Assembly (NCBI GenBank): GCA_964016885.1
Contig: OZ024753.1
Coordinates: 19,902,001-19,966,000, forward strand
Length of the DNA stretch: 64,000 nt
DNA from: Eledone cirrhosa
Lineage: Eukaryota
Direction: 5' to 3'
Position numbers and translations under genes: made by a program. Below the pieces are notes generated by a model, which was not told the DNA's origin, did not search any database, and saw nothing but the letters and a program-made list of their open reading frames with translations. Shown piece after piece: positions 25,811 through 39,303 of the stretch (within the stretch, counting starts at the first letter, position 1; the number at the start of each line of letters is the position of its first letter).

Positions 25811-26304
25811 GACCCAATTCACAGATGACCCAATTCTACCCAGTGGCGAACAACCAAATTTAAACGTATATATATAATTATTGTAGCAAGAAGCCAACAG
25901 TATTCCATAATATATAAGTGACTATAGCGTCAAAATGGAAAAATATTTAACGTAAGATGTGGGAAAATAATTCAAACTCAATTCAAAAAGAATCAGGATA
26001 TAGATTCATCCTCAGAATTTGGTGAAATCCAGGGATAAAGCAATAGAGCCTTAACTCAGAATAAAATAAAGTTTAAAATACTCATCCTTCAATTTGGAAA
26101 AACTACAAATGCTCTGTATAGTCTTAAAGACTATTTCACGATATATATATATATATATATATATACGTTTAAATTTGGTGGTTCCCCACTGGGTAGAATT
26201 GGGTCATTCTGCAATGTTAATCCTGATGTATTAGTAGGAAAGAACACGACGTTTCGCAACTCATCAATCTTGATGTTGAATCCTGATGTTTGGAAACATC
26301 TAAA

Positions 26305-26870
26305 TATTATATTATAGAGTAAAATGACAGAAGGCCTGACTCGTTGAATTCCCTCAATTATTTATTCTTGCAAACACTATACACATTTCATTGACCAGGT
26401 TACGTTTGAAAATGGTAACATCAATAGGTGTATATTGCATAATAGTTATATACAATAGGAATTATGGTAAACATATTCCAAGAGGCTTTGAGGGAAAAAG
26501 CAGAGAAGAAAAAATGGAGTGGCTGGGGTTTAGGAGACTCGAAGGTGATTGTGGTAGCCTGTTGTCAGTTTGGCTCATCCCCTTTGAGTCAAATGCGACG
26601 GGCCAAAATGAGAAGAACAGACCACCACGATCGCCTTTGAGTCAAATCCCCCAAAAAATAACATTTTTTTTCTTCTCTGCTTTTTTCATCAAAGTCTCTT
26701 GGAATATGTTTCCCTTCATTCCGTTTCTATATAACTATTATGCAATATACACCTGATGATGTCACAAGGGTCAAGCGTAACCTGGCCACTGAAATGTGTA
26801 TAGTGTTGGCAGGAATAAATAATTGAGGGAATTCAACATGTCAGGCCTCCTGTAATCTTAGTTTATAATA
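26305..26870. mobile_element. Foldback pLTR element, arms about 210 bp
   Basis: Arms about 26305-26515 and 26660-26870. Confidence 0.85.
26749..26806 (+). ncRNA. Type I hammerhead ribozyme motif
   Basis: acac-CTGATGA-...-GAAA-tgtgta-TA-gtgt. Confidence 0.72.
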
Positions 26871-26914
26871 CATATATGTGTGTGTGTATGTGTGTGTCTC
26901 TCTATCTCTCTCTC

Positions 26915-26957
<43 letters not shown>

Positions 26958-27083
26958 CTCTCTCTCCCTCTCTATCACTGTACATTGAAGTTGTTGCTGT
27001 AATAGGGTAGATACCAATCGTATTGTTTGAGGTAGTCACAAAGTATTCAGTGTTCCAAAAGTTAATTCATTTCTCACCCAGAG

Positions 27084-27188
27084 AGTGTGTGTGCATGTGT
27101 GCGCGTGTGTGTGTATGTGTATGTGGGTGTATGCGTGTGTGTGTATGTGTGAGTGTGTGTGTGTGTGTATGCATGTGAGTGTGTGTGT

Positions 27189-27220
<32 letters not shown>

Positions 27221-27357
27221 TTGTGTGTATGTGTGTATGTATGTGTGTGTATGGGTGTATGTATGTGTGTGTATGTGTATGTGTATGTATGTGTGTGTGT
27301 TTGTGGGTATGTATGTGTGAGTGTATGTGTATGTGTGTGTGTGTCTGTGTGTGCGCG
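27084..27357. repeat. (TG)n compound microsatellite
   Basis: Direct reading. Confidence 0.95.
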
Positions 27358-27663
27358 GGTTTCAAAATTAATTTGGAAGTCTGTGACAAAAATATGTTAT
27401 CTTTGTCGCTCTATTTCTGACACAGGCACAAGACCAGGTGATTCTGTCTAATATGAGGCTAGCAACGTTGGTGAATATATTTCATTACACTGGAATGTCT
27501 TCAGCAATTCCGTAATGAACTTTCCTAAATGAGACAATATAATAATTTAATAATAAAAGTGAGGGATGTTACTTAGAGTACTCTCACATGCTTTTCGCCT
27601 GCAGCAAACTAATATTGTGTAAATATTACTTGAAAATTAATTAGTTATTTTCCCAAAGATATA

Positions 27664-27694
<31 letters not shown>

Positions 27695-27875
27695 GTGTGC
27701 GTGTGTGTGTGTGTGTGTATGTGTGTGTGTGTGTGTGTGTGTCTGATGGTAGCTAAGATGCTTCCATAGGCGGCATGCCGGTTGAGCACTCTATGCTCTT
27801 ACAGAGCAGAGTATGATAGAATAGAAAACGAAAAATCAGTGATGCTCCAGAACTCAATTTATTGTGTCCCCGGCA

Positions 27876-27975
27876 GACAGCTCGAGACGCGATCATTGTG
27901 TGGATCTGTCTGATTCTGGACCCGCAGGTTCGACGGACACGTCGAATGATTTCGGAGCATATTCTCTCACTTTTC

Positions 27976-28031
<56 letters not shown>

Positions 28032-28630
28032 TAGAAAAGTGAGAGAATATGCTGCGAAATCATTCCACGTATCCGTATATTTTTTTATCCGTTTATCGTT
28101 TTCGGTGCACCCGGCTGATTAACCCACTCGATATGCAAAGTGGGCTACTCAGCCATTAATGTGTATAAGGTAAGTATATACGTTCAACAATCTGGCAGGA
28201 AGGTATACGTTGCTGACGATAGCTAATAAACTTGAAACTAGTACAGCGTTCCTTTGTCAGTGTTGAACAAACGAGCAACGATGGTTACTGGACATTACAG
28301 CTTAATACGGGATGTTTGTTTAATAACACAGCGAGCATTATAATAAATGTTCGGTGAATCCATACGTACATATATATATGTGTGCATGTATGTATATATA
28401 TATACATACTACTGTACGTCTGTATACATATATGTATGTACGTGTACATACTTATATTTAAGTAACAGCCGTACTAAGAGTGGGAAATGAAATTTCGTTT
28501 CATTTTTTCCGTTTATATATATATATAATAGAAAAGTGAAAGAATATGCTCCGAAATCATTCGACGTGTCCGTCGAACCTGCGGGTCCAGAATCAGGCTG
28601 ATCCACACAATGATCGCGTCTCGAGCTGTC
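27876..28630. repeat. Inverted repeat of an element end (about 105 bp), third partial copy at 28028-28075
   Basis: 27876-27980 mirrored by 28524-28630; each copy abuts (TA)n. Confidence 0.85.
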
Positions 28631-28677
28631 AACTGTACTGCCTCTGTTTTGTTCCCGTTCCATTTTTCACTATATAT

Positions 28678-28839
28678 ATAGGAAAACTATGATCCCGACG
28701 GCAGAGCTCATTTCCAGAAATAGCCGTCGAAACGGCTTCAGCTCTGCCGTCGGCGTCATACATTTTCCTATTTCCCGCTCTACGTATTGAGTACTCCGGT
28801 GCGTTATGGTCCATCTGGTTCCTTACCACAATTCCTTTG

Positions 28840-28842
<3 letters not shown>
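28678..28842 (+). mobile_element. Foldback element, family C
   Basis: Short left arm, same tail. Confidence 0.82.
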
Positions 28843-28877
<35 letters not shown>

Positions 28878-28887
<10 letters not shown>

Positions 28888-29530
28888 TTGTATGTGTGTA
28901 TATGTGTCTGTGTATTTGTGTGGGTGTCTGTGTCTGTGCGTTTGTGTGTGTATGTGTGTGTTTGTGTGTGTGTGTGTGTATATGCGTTTGTGTGTGTGTT
29001 TTTGTGCGTTTGTGTGTGTGTGCGCGTGTGTATGTATGTATGTGTATGTGTATGTGCGTATGTGTGTGTGTATGTGTGTGTGAGTGTGTATGTATGGGCG
29101 TGTGTGTGAATGTGCGTTTGTGTGTGTGTGTGTGTATGTGCGTTTGTGCGTGTATGTGTCTGTGCGTGTGTGTGTGTATGTGCGCGCGTGTGTATGTATG
29201 GGTGTGTATGTGCGTGTGTGTGTATGTGTATGTGTGTGACTGTGCGTATGTGTGTGTGTGTATGTGTATGTGCGTTTGTGTGTGGGTGTGTGTGCGTGTG
29301 TGTGTGTGTGTGTATGTGTATGTGCGTTTGTGTGTGTGTGTGTGTCTGTGCGTTTGTGCGTGTGGGTATGTGTGTGTTTGTGCGGTTGTGTGTGCGTGTG
29401 TGTACTGTGCGTATGTGTGTGTATGTGCGTGTGTGTGTGTGTATGTGCGTTTATGTGTGTGTGGCTGTGCGTTTGTGCGTGTGTCTGTGCGTTTGTGTGG
29501 GTGTGTGTGTGTGTGTGTGTGTGTGGGTGC
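28878..29530. repeat. (TG)n compound microsatellite
   Basis: Direct reading. Confidence 0.95.
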
Positions 29531-29689
29531 ATACAACACACTGAATGTGTCTATCTGAGTGTTTGTTCTTCTGTAGAGAAAACAAAAACATTGTTAAATA
29601 AAGGACAGTATTCGTCAGAATGAATTATGAGTTGTTACCATTGTGACATGAGTATAACTAGCCTAAAAGTGGCTTCATCCTGTCGAAGT

Positions 29690-30040
29690 GCTGAGACGCT
29701 GGGATCTTCGTCAGGCTGAGGCTAAGATCTTCGCGAGGCTGAGGCTGAGATCTTCATCAGACTGAGGCTGAAATTTTCCTCAGTCTGAGGCTGAGATCTT
29801 CATCAGGACTAGGGTAATATCTTCCCCAGTCTGAGGCTGAGAGCTTCCTCGGGCTGAGGCTGAGATCTTCATCAGACTGAGGCTAAGATCTTCCTCAGTC
29901 TGAGTCTGAGATCTTCGTGAGGCTGAGGCTGAAATCTTCATCAGGCTGAGGTGAAATCTTCATCAGGCTGAGGCTGAAATCTTCATCAGGCTGAGGTGAA
30001 ATCTTCATCAGGCTGAGGCTGGGAGCTTCCTCAGGCTGAG
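29690..30040. repeat. 21-bp minisatellite (GGCTGAGGCTGAGATCTTCATCA-like), about 16 units
   Basis: Direct tandem units. Confidence 0.95.
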
Positions 30041-30624
30041 AAACAGAACAGTAGAATGTTTAACAATTTAGGAAGAAGCCGACAAACAATGGGTCCATTG
30101 TTTTATGATCTTATGTTTTGTGTTTTAATAAGATGGCACCTAATGGGGCTCCTACAATTTTTAATGGTGAACATGGGTTTACTTTTGTCTACGGTTACAA
30201 ATAATTGTTGGCATTGTGCCAAAAGTATAAACAATTATTAGTGATCGCTTGCTGGCAGATGTGATATCGTTGGCTTTTCTGTATAAGTTAAAGTTATTTC
30301 GAGGTTCTAGTGTTAGTTGGTTATGTTTATATTTAAGATGCAATGGTCTCTTCCTGAGGAACTTATATAAGATTGTAGGAAAGTAGATGTTGGTAGGTCT
30401 TTAGTTGATATCTTGAGAGATTGCCAAAAGAGGTAATTTGGCGCTGTAAAATTTTGAAGACAGTTTAGCGTTAAGTTTCGGGTTGTTTGCATAATATATA
30501 GGGAAAGAACTAACTTAGTTATTAGTAGATATACTATACAGCAGATATACTATATCTATTTATGTGTGAGTGTGCGTGCGTGTGCGTGTATGTGTTTGTG
30601 AGTGTGTATGTGTTTGTGAGTGTG

Positions 30625-30695
<71 letters not shown>

Positions 30696-31531
30696 GAGCT
30701 GATAAGATATTTTAGTTTCTTATTTCTTACATCCATTGTAGCAGAACTTTAAATTATTTGATTCACACTCTCGTCATTTCGATCAAACTCGTCTCCCACA
30801 ACTTCTCTCCTCCATGTTCCAATAATTTTCCAATTCTTTATCAGTTAATTTAGTTTCTTTTCATGTGCATCATTTTCTATTTTGACTTTTGACTTTTATT
30901 TTGGGGTTTTTTTATTCTCTCTTAAGATGTTCTGCACATCAAACCATTTTATGCCTCTCACTATTCTATATTAAATAGTCGCTGTTATTTAAGAAATGTG
31001 TTTCCAAGTGAAAGAGCAAAAGAAAAGCTGATGTCACATACTAACATGCGTAAGAATGAATATTGAAGTGAAACAGTTTAGCATGTTAACGTGCCTGATA
31101 TTAACTGGTATAAATACTATTATATCTAGTATTGCTTCTTCAAGCAAACATGGTTCCCTTTTTGTTGGATATTGTTTTCTCATTTGGAAGAATTGTAACG
31201 TAACAGGCGAAAAATCATACAATTTCATGCATAAAATCACAAGATTTATACATTAACAGAAATATCGTGTCATAATTTCTGTTGCAATATCTGTTGAAAC
31301 TCTTCAGATATTCGTTGAAACAGAAATGTGGTTAATGTTGTGAGTGAAGTTTTCATGACTGATAAGGAAAAGTTGAGAAACATAAAAGATCTGATAATGT
31401 TTTGACCTTTACTATATAGCACAGAAATAACTTAGAGCCTCCGCAATAAGGTTCCTTAAATACACAGTTTCGAAGACATTCCTATTTGCATACGTGTGTG
31501 TGTGTGTTTGTATAAATATGTATAAATATAT

Positions 31532-31584
<53 letters not shown>

Positions 31585-31771
31585 CACACACATATATACA
31601 CATACATATATATATATACACACAAAAACAACCCCTTTCACTACATTGGGTGTTTGTACACACACACACACTGTTCATATACACTCTTACAAATATGCGC
31701 ATATTCACATACAGGCCCATGCACGCTTACAAAGATATATACACATATATATATATATTCATATATATATA

Positions 31772-31841
<70 letters not shown>

Positions 31842-31844
<3 letters not shown>

Positions 31845-34800
31845 CGTTTCTGAATTTGTTTAGCAAGATTCTTTATCTGAAATCGTGTGTTGAAACCGAT
31901 ATTGTTATATTTGGGAGGGTCATGTTGCCAATAAGAAACACACGCACCAGTTGTTTCACCTCAATTTATTATAATAAATTTATAAATTTAGGAATAAATT
32001 TATAAATTTCTGGTTGGTTTGTTGGTTGGTTGGTTCCACAACCAGATAGTTGTTTATATATTGTCAAAGTTCTTCCGTCACACATTCTGTGACCTTTTCA
32101 GTGACTGGGGATTCTTTTCTTTGTTTTTGTGCCTCTCCTTTGTTCTGTCCTACGGCATTTTGTTTCTGTGTATGTGTTGTGTGCTCAGTCTGCGCATGCG
32201 CCACATCCGGGTGTCTGTGTGTGTTTATGTTCGTTTATTTATTTGTTTATTTACATGTTACTGGTTGGTTGTTTGTTCTATGTGTGTGTGTGTTTTCATT
32301 TTGTCCTTAATTGTAAGTTGTGATGTTGCTGTTCCATTCATATTTTCTATTTAATTTTGGTTGTAATTCTTTTATGTTTATTGCCTCTGTGATTTGTCTA
32401 AACATTGCGTCTTTTCTGTGTGTAGATTCTATTTTTATTTCTATGTTCTCTAATTTACCCTTATGTTCTATTTTAGCATGTTGGTAGAGTACAGATGATT
32501 CTTTGCTATCTTGAAGGTCTCGCCGGTGTTCATTTATCCGTTCCCCGAAACTACGAACTGTCTCACCTATGTACACTATATTTTTGTCTCTACATTGTCC
32601 TTCAGTACATCTTATGCTATACACTACATTTCTAGTTTTACAGTTAACATGGGGGCTTAATTTACAGGTTATACATTTCTTATCTATACATGGGGGTCTT
32701 TGAAAAGGGTATGTCTTGCTAATAATTGTTTTTACGGAGGTACCTGGTCTTTCTACTATCTTAATATTGAGTTTATGTTTATCTAGGGCCCTTCTAAATG
32801 TGTAAGCTAATTCACCTCTAGGGGTTGTATCGATGAACATTACACTCTGGTATTTATTGCTATCATACCATGAGTTTATTCTATTAGCCTTATTCCTAGT
32901 TCTTTCTATTCTAGTCAAAAATTTGCTCCTATACAAGGGGCAGGTCCCATTTGTGTCATTATTTAACATTTTTCCCCATTTGGTGCTGGCTCCTCTATAC
33001 ACTCTGAATTTTTCTCTCTGATTGTAACCAGAGAACTGCATACGGTAGATGAAGTGTTTTATGTGTCTCTCTAGTTCTTCGGGGTTGCACATGCGGGACA
33101 CTTTTCTCATCACCCGTACCAAATCCGCAATCAGTATGTTGATTTTGGTAAGGTCCGAAACAGCCGAGTTTCGGTGAATCAGATGTTTGGAAGTCATGGG
33201 TTTGGCATAATGGGAATGGAGGATTCGTTTTTTTGTTATTAATGGTATCTAACCGAGAACTCTGTGTCTAGTACAGGTAATCGATGGTTGGGGTGTTTAC
33301 TTGGGTAGTCTATAGTAACTCTAATACTCTGGTGGATGGAGTTAGCTATTTGCTGGATGCTTTCCATTGTGTTTTTCTCTAGTTCCTGACTGTTCTCTAG
33401 TGGGGGTGTCTTAATTACGATGTTTATATAAACAACGTAGCGGGAGTACATTATCAGGGTTAAGGGGTCTTCTAATTGTTCTTTAAGTTTAAGCTTAAGT
33501 CTACTGTCCCACCATACCATGAATAAGTTAGCTATGTCGCCTGCAATGCTAACACCAATGGCTGCTCCTTCCTCTTGGGCATATGTTTTTCCATTAAATT
33601 TGAACATATGTTCCTTAAGGGTTAGTTTTATGCTGGCCCCTACCGCATGTGCAATCATTTTCTTCAGTTCATCGTGGTTTTCGGGTGTCCGTATGGCTCT
33701 GGTCCACCCGTTCCATCTATCTGTGTGGGTTTTCTTGGCTATTGAGGTAATGGTAGGTGGTCTGCCTCTTGCTGATCTTGTAGGGCACAGGTTGCTAAGG
33801 TCATATGTGTATAGGTAATTATTACTATAGGTAAGTTTAAGTAGGAGTCCCAGCTCACTGGTTTCAATCCCACGGAACTCAACATTGCTCTCACTGATCA
33901 TTTCTACTCATTTTTCCACAGCAAAATCCACTTCAATAGATGGATACAGGGACACAACATCCTTACTACTTATTATGCAGTTTGTTAGGTCCCTAGATCG
34001 GTTACCCTCGCCGATTCTGCCGAGGAGGTCCTCCGTGCTGTCACATACATCTGGGGACATTTCAATGATGGGACGTATGATCAGGGAGAGGAAGTAGGAC
34101 AGTCTGTAGTTACTAGCAATGTTAGCTCCACAGACTAGCCGTGTTGGTGGTCCCGTGACAGGGTCACTGCCCGTTCTATGGTCTTTCGAAGTCCATACAA
34201 CGCCGGCACGTCATTGTTCCAGGCCTGGAAGTTGTTGGCAGTCCCTTTGTTGGGCTGCATTATATTCGTCCACATCACTATATGGGCATTGAGGGCTTTT
34301 TCTCTATCCTCATACTCCTGTGGTGTTACCTCTCTTGTGTTAGTGATGTGGGGTTGCATTGCCTGGATGTAGTTTGGCAGGCTGTCAACAGACATTCTGC
34401 CAGACTTGTCTGTTGGAAAGCATGCTATCTGTCCATTACGCATGAGCTTACGCAAGCCATTTGCAGATTTTTCTCCCAGTTGCTGGGCCTCCATTCTACT
34501 ATGCTTCTTGGTATACTGTTCTATAATATTTCTAAGTTCGGATCTAGCTATACTAAATTGTGCTTTGTTTGTTCATCGACCTGCGACGGCAATTGCGTGC
34601 GTTTGTTAAATGGTAAAGTCGTAGCGTGGACTCGTCGCAGGTCGAACGACTTATCAGAGGGATTATAAAAAGTAGAATTCCAGGCTGCTGCTTTATGTGT
34701 ACTAGTGCTATTGTTATTGTTAGTTGTGTTGTTTCTATTTCTATTTCCACCAACAGCCTCGTCGTTGTTTCTATGTCTCTCATAATTACTCCTGTCTCTT

Positions 34801-36762
34801 TCCTCTGGCTCATTGTTATTATCTACTGTATTTTGTGTGTCTGTGTGTTCGTCTTGGTTATTTTCTTTGATCTTAGTCTCCCTTCTCCTTTTAATCCTAT
34901 TACTTTCCCTTATTTCTGTGATTTCTGTCTACTGTCATTACTTGTTTTCTGTGTCTGTGTGTTTGTTAAGATTGTGGTGGTGGTGAGAGGCATTGAATGT
35001 ATGTGTGTTGTTGTTGTTGTTGATGTGTGCTGTTGTTGATGGGTGTTGTTGTTGTTGTCTCCGCGTGTGTTATTCTTGTTGTGTGTGTTGTTATGTTCAA
35101 ATTTAATGGAAAAATATATGCCCAAGAGGAAGGAGCAGCCATTGGTGTTAGCATTGCAGGCGACATAGCTAGCTTATTCATGGTATGGTTGGACTGTAGA
35201 CTTAAGCTTAAACTTAAAGAACAATTAGAAGACCCCTTAACCCTGATAATGTACTCCCGCTACGTTGATGATATAAACTAGAGAACAGTCAGGAACTAGA
35301 GAAAAACACAATGGAAAGCATCCAGCAAATAGCTAACTCCATCCACCAGAGTATTAGAGTTACTATAGACTACCCAAGTAAACACCCCAACCATCGATTA
35401 CCTGTACTAGACACAGAGCTCTGGTTAGATACCATTAATAACAAAAAACAAATCCTCCATTCCCATTATGCCAAACCCATGACTTCCAAACATCTGATCC
35501 ACCGAAACTCGGCTGTTCCGGACCATACAAAAATCAACATACTGATTGCGGATTTTGTACGGGTGATGAGAAACGTGTCCCGCATGTGCAACCCCGAAGA
35601 ACTAGAGAGACACATAAAACACTTCATCCACCGTATGCAGTTCTCTGGTTACAATCAGAGAGATAAAATCAGAGTGTATAGAGGAGCCAGAACCAAATGG
35701 GGAAAAATGTTAAATAATGACACAAATGGGACCTGCCCCTTGTATAGGAGCAAATTTTGGACTAGAATAGAAAGAACTAGGAATAAGGCTAATAGAATAA
35801 GCTCATGGTATGATAGCAATAAATACCAGAGTGTAATGTTCATCGATACAACCCCTAGAGGTGAATTAGCTTACAAATTTAGAAGGGCCCTAGATAAACA
35901 TAAACTCAATATTAAGATAGTAGAAAGACCAGGTACCTCCGTAAAAACACTTATTAGCAAGACATACCCTTTTCAAAGACCCTATGTATAGATAAGAAAT
36001 GTATAACCTGTAAAATAAGACCCCATATTAACTGTAAAACTAGAAATGTAGTGTATAGCATAAGATGTACTGAAGGACAATGTAGAGACAAAAATATAGT
36101 GTACATAGGTGAGACAGTTCGTAGTTTCGGGGAACGGATAAATGAACACCGGCGAGACCTTCAAGATAGCAAAGAATCATCTGTACTCTACCAACATGCT
36201 AAAATAGAACATAAGGGTAAATTAGAGAACATAGAAATAAAAATAGAATCTACACACAGAAAAGACGAAATGTTTAGACAAATCACAGAGGCAATAAACA
36301 TAAAAGAATTACAACCAAAATTAAATAGAAAATATGAGTGGAACAGCAACATCACAACTTACAATTAAGGACAAAATGAAAACACACACACACATAGAAC
36401 AAACAACCAACCAGTAACATGTAAATAAACAAATAAATAAACGAATATAAACACACACAGACACCCGGATGTGGCGCATGCGCAGACTGAGCACACAGCA
36501 CACACACAGAAACAAAATGGCGTAGGACAGAACAAAGGAGAGGCACAAAAACAAAGAAAATAATCCACAGTCACTGAAGAGGTCACAGAATGGGTGACGA
36601 AAGAACTTTGACAATATATAAACAACTATCTGGTTGTGTAACCAACCACCCAACCAGAAATTTATAAATGTATTCCTAAATTTATAAATTTATTATAATA
36701 AATTGAAGTGAAAGCAACTGGTGCGTGTGTTTCTTATTGGCAACATGACCCTCTCAAAGTAT

Positions 36763-36770
<8 letters not shown>
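31842..36770. mobile_element. Penelope-like element as a 4.9-kb inverted duplication in (TA)n
   Basis: Left arm (-) 31842-35091, right arm (+) 35092-36770; RT motifs GAAIG and YSRYVDDIN, LPVLD, GIY-YIG VVYSIRC..YIGET.RS..ERI.EH; frameshifted. Confidence 0.95.
36570..36612 (+). ncRNA. Minimal type I hammerhead in the PLE pLTR
   Basis: gtca-CTGAAGA-g-gtcac/gtgac-GAAAG-aa-CTT-tgac; mutated copies at 17119, 32062, 58711. Confidence 0.85.
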
Positions 36771-36808
<38 letters not shown>

Positions 36809-36963
36809 ATATTGGACTGCGCTTTCTAGCAACCAGCCCCCTCGCCCTAAGGCACCAATCACATTATTTCTGACTTGACCACTGGCACGTCACAGTTCTT
36901 TATTATTTTGAATTCGTTTCTGTCGGGGATCATTTAAGAAAAATCTTTGTCCAAGTGAGTTTC

Positions 36964-37043
36964 TTTCCTGATGAGTTCGAAACTCGAGACTTTATCCTTG
37001 ATAGGATATTTCCGAAAGCGAACGAAACCCTAAAGGGTAGAAA
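36964..37043 (+). ncRNA. Canonical type I hammerhead in a solo pLTR-like element (about 36805-37340)
   Basis: tttc-CTGATGA-gttcg/cgaac-GAAA-ccc-taaa-ggg-TA-gaaa; GUA site. Confidence 0.88.
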
Positions 37044-37337
37044 CGTAATTCTGGTATGTGTATATGCATATTTCCTTCTAACTTTAATTTCATACCTAAT
37101 CGTGTATGGTTAACGGTATATTTAATCGATTTCCACGTGCTATTGAAATGTTGGGTAAATATTCTATAGCGGTTGATCGCGAATAGATGGCTGTCGTTTA
37201 TTTATATACTATTTCATCATAGGTCCCTTTTAATCTTATAACCTGGTTTAATTGTTTTTTTGTGTGGTTGATTATGCTAATTGGGAGAGGAAATGGTGTA
37301 TATATATTATCAAATGATTCTATGGACATACTTTATA

Positions 37338-37389
<52 letters not shown>

Positions 37390-37514
37390 TTATTTCAAAT
37401 TAAAATAAATGTAAGGCCTTCAAACTCCAAAAGTTTATACCTGACTACGCAATGCTTCAAGTAAACTACAATTTCTTCCTATATATAATTTCCTCCTATA
37501 TATATATTCCTTTC

Positions 37515-37697
37515 ATATAGTAAAGCTTCTACAGGACTAGAACTGTTTCATTCGTGAGAAATGATCAGGAAATCTGATGATTTCTCAAGAATGAAACAGC
37601 TCTTGTCCTGTACAAGCTTTTCTATATTAACACATTTATACTCTGCTATGTATTGAGTACCTTACTTACTGTGGTTACCCCCGATTCATCCCGGAAT

Positions 37698-37700
<3 letters not shown>
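37515..37700 (+). mobile_element. Foldback pLTR remnant with tail
   Basis: Arms 37515-37573 and 37574-37627; CTGATGA-ttc/gaa-GAAAC; tail tactc..gagta. Confidence 0.75.
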
Positions 37701-37737
<37 letters not shown>

Positions 37738-37803
37738 TCTGTGTGTGGGGGGGGGGTGTTCGTGTGTGTACATATGTATAAATATATCCATATATATATA
37801 TAC

Positions 37804-37882
<79 letters not shown>

Positions 37883-37893
37883 CATATATATAT

Positions 37894-39040
37894 CGTGGTA
37901 GAACACTGGAAGGTAATATCGTAGAGCACTCAGTCCATGGTTCGAGTTAAGTAGAAGTGGTTACACAACAGTTTGTTCACCATACCGAGAACAATTGTTT
38001 CACCTTAGCAGATCCTCAGCTCTGAATGGGCACGGTTATAGGAACAGGAAGGACAACCGTACGAACGCGCATGCGCAGAAACGCGGTCACTTCACACAGG
38101 CAATACTAGACTGCGTGCGAGAAGTGTAAGGGAGATAAGTCCGAAAAGTTTTTATGTTGAAAATAAAATTACAAAGAATCAGTCCGGAGCCTTGTAGTTA
38201 TGCAATAGGTGTTTGGCGACGTGTGGACAACGTGTGAAAAATTCATTTCTCGCGTTTAGGCAATCACTATTGCGTAATCTCTTTAGAATAGTTATTCGTT
38301 CGTCAATATATAAGCCACACGTCGCATTTCCCCTTGCGTATGGCTTGGACTTAGTTATGGTTTTCCATTGAATGGAGTAGTCTATTGAGTCCTTGAGGGA
38401 CCATACGTGGCTCGAGAGTTTCGTGGATGAACGTCTGTCCAGGTACCTGAAGGTAGACTGGTGGTTCAGGAAACGTTCCTTAAATCGGCCCTCCGCCATG
38501 CTCACATAGGATTTGATCTCCTGTGGTTCGTTTGGTCGGTTGGAAGTGATCACAGCTTCATAAATTACAGCTGGTGTGTTGCATTGCTGTTGAAGGGACA
38601 AGCTTCAGGCTTACGGCAAGGGCACCCTGGTGGGGTGTTGCTCCTAGGGCTGCTGGGGTTGTGGGCCTTCATGTTTTTAGCGCAGGAGAATCCTAGTTTA
38701 ACTTTGTGTCGGTTAAGGATGGAGCGGTATTTATGACCTATGGGAAAGTGTCTATCTAAGAAGGTTAGAAGTGTTTTTCCTACATTGGTTTTAACGTTCT
38801 GTATAACCATGTCTATTACGAGTAGAGGATCCGCTAAGGTGAAACAATTGTTCTCGGTATGGTGAACTAACTGTTGTGTCACCAATTCTCTCTCTATATA
38901 TATAAGAGCTGAAGATCCGCTAAGGTGGAACTATTGTTCTCGGTATGGTGAACTATACTGTTGTGTTACTACTTCTACCTAACTGGTCCCATGGACTGAG
39001 TGCTCTACCACTACGGATATTACCTTCCAGTGTTCTACCT
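37894..39040 (-). mobile_element. 5'-truncated PLE (GIY-YIG) with inverted pLTR pieces
   Basis: ORF 38179-38601 VIYEA..YVSMAEGRFKERF.NH..LNARNE; pLTR 37894-38040, inverted copies 38800-38884 and 38903-39040. Confidence 0.9.
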
Positions 39041-39116
39041 CTCCCTCTCTCTCTCTATATATATATATATGTTTGTGTGTGTGTGTGTGCGTGTGTGTAA
39101 ATTAGAAACCATTATT

Positions 39117-39303
39117 GTGGATTGGCAGTATCGGTAGAGGGTCGGACGCCATGCTTTGACGCAGCGAGTTATGTTCCTTGCCATTTTGAGTTCAAATCCC
39201 GCCGATATTAACTTTGCCTTTCATCCTTACGGGGTCGATAAAATAAAGTACCAGTAATACACTGGGATAATTGTTGGCTTTGTGCCAAATGTAGAAACAA
39301 TTA
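39117..39303 (+). mobile_element. SINE (main family)
   Basis: Full-length copy. Confidence 0.92.

Noticed and set aside
26240-26272. Minus-strand TTGATGA-gttgc-GAAACGTCGT motif
   Set aside because: Core and cleavage site too degenerate to call
30040-30540. Possible PLE RT remnant next to the 21-bp minisatellite
   Set aside because: Too decayed to show catalytic motifs by eye
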